Source: an uncultured Clostridium sp.
GTDB lineage: Bacteria; Bacillota; Clostridia; TANB77; CAG-508
NCBI GenBank assembly: GCA_948470025.1
Contig: CAOKNG010000004.1
Location: forward strand, 1-62,863
Direction of reading: 5' to 3'
Length of the DNA stretch: 62,863 nt
The translations under genes and the position numbers were made by a program. Shown here in pieces: positions 51,142 to 59,227 of this stretch; the first letter of the stretch is position 1, and each line of letters starts with the position of its first letter. The notes below the pieces were generated by a model. That model was given only the letters and a program-made list of their open reading frames with translations. It was not told where the DNA came from and made no database searches.

Positions 51142-52140
51142 ATGTTTGTTCCAAGTGCTATTTATTATGAAAAAAATATTACCGATTATCCTCTTGGTAG
51201 AAAATTGCTAGACCAATATGCTTCCATTCCTAAGTTGGTAATCGATAGTCATAACAATATTCCAGAAATGCGTAAAAATCAGAATTCCGAGTTTCCAAAA
51301 ATGAAACGAAATTTAATTATTGGAATTCGTAAAACACATCAATTTGTATCCAACCATAAGGTATCAGATTTTCTTGTTCCCTATACCTCTTCTGGTTGCA
51401 CTGCTATGTGCTTATATTGTTATTTGGTGTGTAATTATAATAAATGTTCCTATCTACGTTTATTTGTAAACCGTGAACAAATGCTAAATAAGATTATGAA
51501 AGTAGCAAATGATAGTAAGGAAGAATTAACTTTTGAAATTGGTAGTAATAGTGATTTAATTTTGGAAAATTCCATTACGGATAACTTGGTTTGGACAATT
51601 GAACATTTTGCTCATACAAAAAAAGGGTTTTTAACTTTTCCTACAAAATTTGATATGGTAGACCCTATTTTAAATCTTCCCGGAAAAGAGCGTATTATTG
51701 TTCGAATGAGTATGAACCCAAAAGAAATTATTCAAAAAGTAGAATTTGGTACCTCACCTTTACAAGCCCGTATTACCGCAATTAACAAACTAAAATCCGC
51801 TGGTTTTCCAGTTGGTATCCTAATTGCTCCTATTATTTTAGTGGATAACTGGAAGGAGTTGTATGAAAATCTTTTCATTGAGCTTTCTTGTCAATTATCA
51901 AATGAAGTAAAAAAGGATGTCTTTTTTGAACTAATTTTTATGACTTATAGCTATGTTCATACAAAAATCAATGAAGAAGCTTTTCCCAATGCTATTCCCC
52001 TTTATGAAAAAGATTTGATGACAGGTACTGGACGAGGAAAATATCGATACCGTCCTAATATAAAAGAAGAAGCCTCTTCTTACCTATTATCCCTAATGAA
52101 AAAGTATTTCCCAAACAATCCTATTTTATATATTGTATAG
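51142..52140 (+). CDS. splB: Spore photoproduct lyase (radical SAM)
   Basis: CTAMCLYCYL (CxxxCxxC) cluster and overall SP-lyase-like layout; 332 aa. Confidence 0.8.
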   Translation: MFVPSAIYYEKNITDYPLGRKLLDQYASIPKLVIDSHNNIPEMRKNQNSEFPKMKRNLIIGIRKTHQFVSNHKVSDFLVPYTSSGCTAMCLYCYLVCNYNKCSYLRLFVNREQMLNKIMKVANDSKEELTFEIGSNSDLILENSITDNLVWTIEHFAHTKKGFLTFPTKFDMVDPILNLPGKERIIVRMSMNPKEIIQKVEFGTSPLQARITAINKLKSAGFPVGILIAPIILVDNWKELYENLFIELSCQLSNEVKKDVFFELIFMTYSYVHTKINEEAFPNAIPLYEKDLMTGTGRGKYRYRPNIKEEASSYLLSLMKKYFPNNPILYIV

Positions 52141-52217
52141 AATTTTCCATTTTTTCAAGCTAAGTTGTTGACACCACTATGTTTTTGTGCTATTATAATG
52201 AGTGCGTTATATCATAT

Positions 52218-52294
<77 letters not shown>

Positions 52295-52562
52295 AAAGAA
52301 AAACCGCCATTTCAATAGATTGGGCGGTTTTTTGTTGTTTAAATTTTGATTAAATCTTTTTCATATTTTAAACGTTTTTACTATTTTAGTGTGTCAAAAG
52401 CAAGTTAGATTTCGGTATAAAATTCTATATTAGAAACCTATGGAATAGAAAACTTGTATTGTAGAAAAAAGCACCGATTAAACACTAGACTTGGTTTAAG
52501 GGATGCTTTTTTTGATATAAAATGTTTCTATTGAATTAATCAAAGGTATATATTAATGGCTT

Positions 52563-52710
52563 TGTAGGGGACATTTAAAGGGTTTTAAAATCTTTCCGTA
52601 TATGTGGGAGTTTGAAAACATTTCAGGAACCTTCGTTATTTAATTGGAATGTTTTGGGCTAGAAATAGATATGAGAGTTTGAATACAAATAATAAAAGAC
52701 ATCCCCTACA
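52563..52710. repeat. MITE-like element with TGTAGGGGA...TCCCCTACA termini
   Basis: Left ttgtaggggacat versus reverse complement of right ttgtaggggatgt. Lies in a 600-bp gene-free region after tRNA-Arg. Confidence 0.5.
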
Positions 52711-52921
52711 AGATTAATAACATAAATTAAAATTAGCTTGGCTTCTTTTGTGGTTTCATTTAATTGTTTTTTCTTTTTGGAGTTTTTTAAGATTTCTTAA
52801 TTTTTTCTGAAAGAAAAATTTTCTTGAATGTTTGAATCATAAATTAAATCAAATGAAATATAGTGTTGCTTAACACATTTACTATATTACTACTTTTTTT
52901 CACAAATGTCAACAAAAACTT

Positions 52922-53449
52922 TACGACAAAAATCGACAAATTGCTACAGAAATCAGCATTCCAGCAATATCTGCTGCTAGTGCTGCTACTAATACGAATC
53001 GTATTTTTTTAATGCCTACTGCACTTGTGTATAGGGCAATGGTATAGAATGTAGTTTCGGTTGACCCCATGATGGTGGAACAAATTAGCCCGAATCATGC
53101 TATCGACTCCATGTTTTGATATAATGTCCGTAGCCACTGCCATAGAGGCACTCCCAGATATTGGTCTTAACAGTGCAAGTGGCATGATTTCTGCTGGTAA
53201 ATGAAGTAGATTGATAATAGGTTTTATAATTTGAATGATGACATTGATTAAGCCAGAACTTCTTAGGGCTCCTACAGCCAAAAATATTCCGATTAGTGTT
53301 GGAAAAATGTTGACTACTACTTGCATTCCTTCTTTGGCTCCTTCTATAAAGGTATCATATACTTTATTTTTTTCTAAAATGCCATATACGATAATGAGTA
53401 ATATTACCATTGGTACAGCAATGGTAGATATATAATTAATAATTTGCAT
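52922..53449 (-). CDS. spmB: Spore maturation protein B; +1 step at CGG 53090-53092
   Basis: ORF 53009-53449 continues in the +1 frame as DSMI-GLICSTIMGSTETTFYTIALYTSAVGIKKIRF...CRFLS*. Confidence 0.85.
53090..53092 (-). other. in-frame CGG at frame junction (ATT C GGG) in spmB
   Basis: Upstream frame reads ATG ATT CGG GCT AAT. The +1 frame reads GGG CTA ATT TGT TCC ACC. Confidence 0.85.
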
Positions 53450-53476
53450 GTTTGAATCTCCTCCCCTTCTTATTTT

Positions 53477-54052
53477 CTAATATCGTTTCATTAAGATTTT
53501 TGCTGTTACGATTCCTACGATTGCCGAACCAATGGTTGCAATCCATACTGGTAAGATAATAGAAGTAGGATTGCTAGACCCTAAAGAATTTCGTATGGCA
53601 ATCACTGTAGTAGGAATGATTTGGATTGATGCGGTATTAATAATAATAAACATTGCCATTGAATTGCTTAAGGTATCTTTTTTTGAATTTTGTTTTTGCA
53701 TTGTTTTCATTGCTTTTAATCCTAGTGGAGTAGCTGCATTGCCTAAGCCTAATATATTTGCCACCATGTTCATTGATATTTCTTTATAAGCTTCGTCTTC
53801 TTTCGAAATATCGGGAAATAGTATTTTCATGATTGGTTTTAGTATATTGGCTAGTTTTGACATAAGTGTGGTTTTCTTTGCTATGTGCATAATTCCTGTC
53901 CATAAACACATAGTTCCTAAAAAAGTAATGCTTAAATCGACAGCACTTTTACAAGATTCGAAAATAGAATTGTTAATGTTTTCTACATTTCCTACACAAA
54001 TGGCATATATATATGAAATAATAATAAATACTGGCCATATAATATTTAACAC
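53477..54052 (-). CDS. spmA: Spore maturation protein A
   Basis: 191-aa membrane protein directly upstream of spmB. Nucleoside-recognition-domain-like. Confidence 0.8.
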   Translation of the reverse strand: MLNIIWPVFIIISYIYAICVGNVENINNSIFESCKSAVDLSITFLGTMCLWTGIMHIAKKTTLMSKLANILKPIMKILFPDISKEDEAYKEISMNMVANILGLGNAATPLGLKAMKTMQKQNSKKDTLSNSMAMFIIINTASIQIIPTTVIAIRNSLGSSNPTSIILPVWIATIGSAIVGIVTAKILMKRY

Positions 54053-54295
54053 GGTTTTTCTCCTTTTTTCTATTATGCTTCTATTGTATTCTCTTTTTTT
54101 AAAAAAAGAACTTTTTTCGTTATGGGTATATTTATACCTAAAAGTTCTAGTTTCTCAATGTTTTCCATTTTTCCTAATTTTTTCCTATTTTTCTTGCAGT
54201 TTTTGTTGACATTTTTATTTTTTTTTGGTATGATTGTGGTGGAAGAAATATCGAACTTTGTTACTACAGTCCAATTCGATAAGGGAGGAAATGTT

Positions 54296-54550
54296 ATGAA
54301 ATCAACAGGAATTATTAGAAGAGTCGATGAATTAGGAAGGGTTGTTATTCCAATTGAACTTAGAAATAAATTTGGAATTTATGAAAAAGATCCTATTGAA
54401 ATTTTTGTCGATGGTTCTTCGATTGTGTTAAAGAAATATGAGCCAAATTGCATTTTTTGTGGGAATACAAAAAAATTAGTTTCTTATAATGATAAATTAG
54501 TTTGTGCAAAGTGTGCTACCAAAATTAATAAATTGTCAGAGAATGTATAA
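54296..54550 (+). CDS. abrB: AbrB/SpoVT-family transition-state regulator
   Basis: MKSTGIIRRVDELGRVVIPIELR (SpoVT-AbrB swapped-hairpin motif). RBS AAGGGAGG. Terminator hairpin at 54565-54590. Confidence 0.85.
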   Translation: MKSTGIIRRVDELGRVVIPIELRNKFGIYEKDPIEIFVDGSSIVLKKYEPNCIFCGNTKKLVSYNDKLVCAKCATKINKLSENV

Positions 54551-54657
54551 ATTGTTATTAAACCCCCATGTAATCGCAAAATTACATGGGAGTTGTTTTG
54601 TTATTTTACTCTTTTTAGCTTATCTTTCGTAATACTGAAATTGCCTTTCTATGTTTC

Positions 54658-55522
54658 TTATTTTCCTATAAATTTTTGATAAATTTCATTTTTGCTTACC
54701 TTTCTGTCTTTTGCAATTCGTTTCATTATTTCCTTTTTATCTAAGCCTTGCTTTTCATAGTATTGATAATGTTGCTCTAGTGTTAAAGTGTTTCTTTTCT
54801 CTTTTTGTTGTTGTGCTTCTGTTATTTCGTTTTTTTCGATAAGAATAACATATTCTCCTTTTGGTGTTTGTATTTTTTGTTTTACTTCTTCTACTTTTCC
54901 TGTTATATATTCTTCATGTATTTTGGTAATTTCTCTTGCTAATACGATTTTTCGGTCTGCTAATATTTTTTCTAATTCGTTTAGGGTTTGCATTAGTTTG
55001 TGTGGTGCTTCATATAGAATGGTAGTATATTCTTGTTTTGCAATTTGTTCTAGTTTTTCTTTTCGGTTTTTCTTGTTTAATGGTAAAAATCCTAAAAATG
55101 TAAATTCTGTTGCCTCCATTCCAGAGGCAACAAGTGCTGTAATAAGAGCACATGGTCCTGGTATGGGAATTACTGTAATTCCTTCTTCTAATGCTTTTTT
55201 TACGATTTCTTCTCCTGGGTCTGATATAACTGGGGTTCCTGCATCGGAAACTAATGCGATGTTTTTTCCTTCTAATAGTTTGTTTATTAATTCATCTGTT
55301 TTTACTTCTTCATTATGCCTATGGTAGCTAATCATTGGTTTGGTAATTTGTAGATGATTTAGCAGTTTTAATGTATGCCTTGTGTCCTCTGCTGCAATGA
55401 TATTTACTTGTTTTAGAATTCGAATGGCTCTTAGGGTAATGTCTTCTAAATTTCCAATTGGTGTTGCAACGATATATAATTCTCCGCTTCATTTTCTTTA
55501 CCATGATATATTGATATATCAT
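54658..55522 (-). CDS. rsmI: 16S rRNA (cytidine1402-2'-O)-methyltransferase RsmI; +1 step at CGG 55484-55486. Start uncertain (ATG 55522, 55504 or 55492).
   Basis: Junction gives [40 protein letters not shown]..., the canonical RsmI N-terminus. Confidence 0.9.
55484..55486 (-). other. in-frame CGG at frame junction (AAG C GGA) in rsmI
   Basis: Upstream frame reads ATG AAG CGG AGA ATT ATA. The +1 frame reads GGA GAA TTA TAT ATC GTT GCA. Confidence 0.85.
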
Positions 55523-55594
55523 ATCTCCTTTCTTTATTTTTATATCCTCTAACGATGTTACCTCATAATCTTGATTTTCAAATAAAATCTCTTT

Positions 55595-56335
55595 TTATAT
55601 TTTTCCATATATCTTTAAAATATCTTTTGTGTATTCTCCATTTTCTTCATATACATATAATGGTTCTTCGATTTTTAAAAATGGTTTTGCATATTTGGTA
55701 GCTTTTATTAATATTAAATTTGGTGCTTTTCCCAATTTAGGGTGTACAAATTGTAGCTTTTTTGGCTCTAATTTATATTTTCGTAAAAGTTCTAATATGT
55801 CTACTAATCTATCTGGTCTATGTACCATGTATAGGTCTTTTTTCTCTTTTAATAACTTAGAAGAAATTCGAATAAAATCCTCTAGGGAAGCACTTATTTC
55901 ATGCCTTGCCATTCGTTTTTTTGGATTTTCATTTTGTATGCCTGTATCATTCTTTTTATATGGTGGATTGGTAACAACAGCATCAAAACTTCCTACTTCT
56001 AGCTTTGCTTCTAATTCTTTGATATTGGCATGAATTAGGGTAAATTGTTTTTCTAAATGATTTAGCCTAATGCTTCTTTTTGCCATATCATACACCTCTT
56101 CTTGAATTTCCACTCCTACCATTTGTATGCTTGGAATTTTAGCACATAACAAAATTCCAATAATTCCTGTTCCTGTTCCTAAATCAATTACTTTACTTCC
56201 ATTTTTAATATCACTTGCAAAATGAGCAAGAAGTATACTATCGATGCCAAAACAAAACCCTTCTGTGTTTTGAATGATTTTTAATCCTTTATATTCTAAA
56301 TCATCCATTCTTTCATTTTCTTTTAAATGTTCCAT
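55595..56335 (-). CDS. SAM-dependent methyltransferase, tRNA (adenine-N6) TrmN6/YfiC-like
   Basis: DLGTGTGI SAM-binding motif and NPPY catalytic motif. Confidence 0.8.
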   Translation of the reverse strand: MEHLKENERMDDLEYKGLKIIQNTEGFCFGIDSILLAHFASDIKNGSKVIDLGTGTGIIGILLCAKIPSIQMVGVEIQEEVYDMAKRSIRLNHLEKQFTLIHANIKELEAKLEVGSFDAVVTNPPYKKNDTGIQNENPKKRMARHEISASLEDFIRISSKLLKEKKDLYMVHRPDRLVDILELLRKYKLEPKKLQFVHPKLGKAPNLILIKATKYAKPFLKIEEPLYVYEENGEYTKDILKIYGKI

Positions 56336-56407
56336 AATACCTCACTTTTTTTGTTTCTTGTCATATTATATAATAAATACTGTTTTTATGCAAAGGTGGA
56401 ATGAAAT

Positions 56408-56581
56408 ATGAATGGCTATTACCCAAACCGAAGACCTTGTAATAATGGTTGCCCTAGAAAAAATTTTAATTTTTCACAAAAAAAAGAGAACGCTCTTTGT
56501 TCTCTTTATCAAGTAGAAAATTTTTTATGCCAGTTTTCGAAGGCTTTAAAATGTTTCAATTTTTATAAATGGTTGTGTTAA
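56408..56581 (+). CDS. 57-aa cysteine-rich hypothetical protein (below the ORF-track length cutoff)
   Basis: RBS AAAGGTGGA and 7 Cys residues. The stop codon lies inside compound hairpin copy c. Confidence 0.35.
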   Translation: MNGYYPNRRPCNNGCPRKNFNFSQKKENALCSLYQVENFLCQFSKALKCFNFYKWLC

Positions 56582-56617
56582 TGGCTTCGCCATTTACAAA
56601 CCATTATATGCGTTAGA
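56566..56617. repeat. Compound hairpin, copy c
   Basis: ataaatggttgtgttaatggcttcgccatttacaaaccattatatgcgttag. Both stems differ from copy a by paired (compensatory) substitutions. Confidence 0.6.
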
Positions 56618-56626
56618 ATCATTTTT

Positions 56627-57201
56627 TTAAATAGTTTCATCTTTTGGTAAAAATACATCTTTTAACGAAAGGGCATTATCCGAAAAAGCACAATCTTCTT
56701 TGCCATCTACTACAATTTTTACCGAAGATACTTCATTTAATTGTGTCATTGTATTTACAATAGAATATACTGTCCCCGATTCTGCCTCTGCCCCATTTTT
56801 GTGGTTATCAATAAATTCCTTCGAAAAATCAATCCACAATACATTTCCTTTTAATTCTACCTTGTTTACTTTTGTCCCCTCTGGAATGGTTCTTTCTAAT
56901 TTTTCACCCTTTGGTCCTTCGATTAGTAAATTCAATAAGGTTTGATATGGTTCCTTGGTTAATTCTTTTACATCAATACTTCTTGCCTCTGGTACGAGTG
57001 TGTTTGTATCTTTGTTATTAAAATACAAAGCAATCATCGTTTGTCTTAGCTGTTCTCCGTGTAATTTCTGCTTCTGGCGTATACTCCATAATTTCTGTGC
57101 CTGTTTTTGATATCTCCACTTGGCTATAAACAAAATATCCGAACCCCTGCTAACAATACCACAATACACCCCAATATTGCAATTCTTTTCTTATTCTTCA
57201 T
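56627..57201 (-). CDS. gerM: GerMN-domain sporulation/germination protein; two +1 steps at CGG codons
   Basis: ATG 57201 preceded by GGAGGG. MKNKKRIAILGCIVVLLAGV-GYFVYSQVEISKTGTEIMEYTPEAEIT-GEQLRQTMIALYF... continues into ORF 56627-57169. Confidence 0.7.
57057..57059 (-). other. in-frame CGG at frame junction (ACA C GGA), gerM site 2
   Basis: Middle frame reads ATT ACA CGG AGA ACA and runs on to a TAA stop. The +1 frame reads GGA GAA CAG CTA AGA. Confidence 0.8.
57139..57141 (-). other. in-frame CGG at frame junction (GTT C GGA), gerM site 1
   Basis: First frame reads GGG GTT CGG ATA TTT TGT TTA TAG. The +1 frame reads GGA TAT TTT GTT TAT AGC. Confidence 0.8.
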
Positions 57202-57471
57202 AGCTCATCCCTCCTACATGTTCTATTCATATGTAAGACAAGTTATTTTTAGAACTTATTTTTTGTTTCTTGTATAATTGTGTTTTTCTGTTTAATTGTA
57301 AATTTTTCATATTCCTTCCTATTTGAAAAAAGCTAGTAACTCTTTTATTTCGAATTACTAGCTTAAAAATGGTACTAAAATATAGTCCCTTTCAGAAATG
57401 CTTATTAACAAATTATATCCCCCTGTCGCAAGAAGACCTGAGGCCTTCTCGCGAGCTTATGCCTCTATTTT

Positions 57472-58680
57472 CTACTCACTTATCATCCATGCTCCACTCG
57501 CGTCTTTGCTACTTGTCTGGATATTCGATTTTAGATATACTATTGGACGCACCGCCAAACCATCGTCATACTCGCTCAAAAAGCTCGAATTGCCGCCACA
57601 CAAGTAGTCGCTGTCCGCACAGCCCTCATGCACAAAGAACACATCGAAGTCCGCACGCTCTGAATCCGAAAAGACACCACGAGATGCTACCCTGTATACT
57701 AGGTCATTGTTTCCAAATAACATTTTATATATTGCACTTTCTGCATCTGTTAAATATTCTGAACCTTGGTACCCGTATCCTGTAAATTTGTCTGTTCTCT
57801 CTGTTGCACTGCTTGATGCTCCTGTTTCGGTTGTCTTCGTTGGGTAGTATATCGTATGTGTATATTCTTCCCCATATTTATAGGTTGTTCCATCTTCATC
57901 CCATGTGAATGTAGTTGGGTCGAATTTGGTTATTTGGTTAATATCGTCTACCGTTATACTTCTTGCTCCACTTCCTGTTATCGTTCCTGTACTTAAACCT
58001 TCTACTACATCTCCTGTTTGATAACGAAATGTTTTACTTGTATTTGCTCCTTTTCCATACCCATATATTTTACAGATTTCATTTAGTTCTTGTTCATAAT
58101 ATAAATATCCTATTGCTCCATTCATAGTAAGTTCATGTATTGGTGTTTCACTGATTAATACGACTTCTCCTGTCGTCTCATCTTTGCTTAAGACTCTCCA
58201 TTTTGTATTACTTTCTACGCTAAAAGTTTGTTCACTATCTCCATTTCCATGTGACATTCCTGTTCCCTTTGGTGATGTATAGCTTAGTTTGCTTGTGTCT
58301 GTTACTCCCGCAGTTGGGTCGTATGCTACATAATCTCCTATTTCTACTTTCTTTGCTAGTGCATTTTCCGGTAGTGGTTCGCTACTTCCTCCTCTATTTA
58401 TTCCGTCTATGATATCATCTGCTTCTTTTAGGAAATCTGCTAATGCTTCGTCTTCTCTTTTTGCTGCTTCTTGGTAGTTTCTTCCTGCTTCTTGGGCTCT
58501 TGTTAATATCCCTCTTTGTCCTACCGTTAGGTTGATGGTAATTGCTGCTAGGATTAATAGAATGATTATTGTGATTACGAGGGCTATTAATGTGATTCCT
58601 CTTCGGGCAGACACAAGGCCTGCCCCTACATTCGGTTTACATAGTTTTTCGGTTTCGGTTAATTTTCTTTCTTTTTTCAT
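57472..58680 (-). CDS. Pilin/pseudopilin-like secreted protein (prepilin-type N-terminal hydrophobic segment) with a GC-rich C-terminal module
   Basis: ATG 58680 preceded by GAAGGAGG. ...RRGITLIALVITIIILLILAAITI resembles a class III signal peptide. A REP-like hairpin is embedded in the leader. Confidence 0.5.
   Translation of the reverse strand: MKKERKLTETEKLCKPNVGAGLVSARRGITLIALVITIIILLILAAITINLTVGQRGILTRAQEAGRNYQEAAKREDEALADFLKEADDIIDGINRGGSSEPLPENALAKKVEIGDYVAYDPTAGVTDTSKLSYTSPKGTGMSHGNGDSEQTFSVESNTKWRVLSKDETTGEVVLISETPIHELTMNGAIGYLYYEQELNEICKIYGYGKGANTSKTFRYQTGDVVEGLSTGTITGSGARSITVDDINQITKFDPTTFTWDEDGTTYKYGEEYTHTIYYPTKTTETGASSSATERTDKFTGYGYQGSEYLTDAESAIYKMLFGNNDLVYRVASRGVFSDSERADFDVFFVHEGCADSDYLCGGNSSFLSEYDDGLAVRPIVYLKSNIQTSSKDASGAWMISE
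58605..58629. repeat. GC-rich REP-like hairpin GGGCAGACACAAGGCCTGCCCCTAC inside the pilin-like leader coding region
   Basis: Same core as 39825-39849. Translated as VGAGLVSA. Confidence 0.6.
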
Positions 58681-58715
58681 TTTTTTCTTTTGCCTCCTTC
58701 TTATATTTTTTTGCC

Positions 58716-58741
58716 GGGGTTGCATGGTATGCAACCCCTAC
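58716..58741. repeat. GC-rich REP-like hairpin GGGGTTGCAT-GGT-ATGCAACCCCTAC
   Basis: Near-identical to 16795-16822. Confidence 0.6.
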
Positions 58742-58895
58742 TGGCATGTTTTTTTGTTTTACAATTATTATGTATCTTTTCTTTTTGTTTTATTCTTTTT
58801 TAAGTATTTTAATTTGAAAATGCATAGATTTGATATTAGCATTTCTTTTTTGTTTATTCAATTGTCAATGTGCCTTTTTGGTATGGTTATGTTTA

Positions 58896-58922
58896 GGGGG
58901 CGATGTGGACATCGACCCCTAC
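58896..58922. repeat. GC-rich REP-like hairpin GGGGGCGATGT-GGA-CATCGACCCCTAC
   Basis: Same stem-plus-CCCCTAC architecture as the other copies. Confidence 0.5.
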
Positions 58923-59227
58923 GGATTTCCCTACCTTATGGCACCATTTTATATTTATACTTATTTACTGTCAAGTATTTTTATATGACATTTGTGTGAC
59001 AATGTCAAGTCTTTTTCCAGTTTTTTACAATCATTTGTTTTCGTAATGTGTCCATTTACTGAAACTACATTTCACGATTCTTTCACATTTGTTTAATCAT
59101 GCCGAAAGTCTTCGTATCCGTATATTTCTTACAGTATTTTACATTTGACAAATGCCTTTTTTCGTAATAAAATATAGGTTGAATGTATTGCTTTTCCACA
59201 TATGTGGAAAAGGAAGGAGAGAGGGTT

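Noticed and set aside
52340-52920. Gene-free region after tRNA-Arg as an integrated-element remnant
   Set aside because: I found no direct repeat of the tRNA 3' end and no integrase fragment. Only the MITE-like element at 52563-52710 is supportable.
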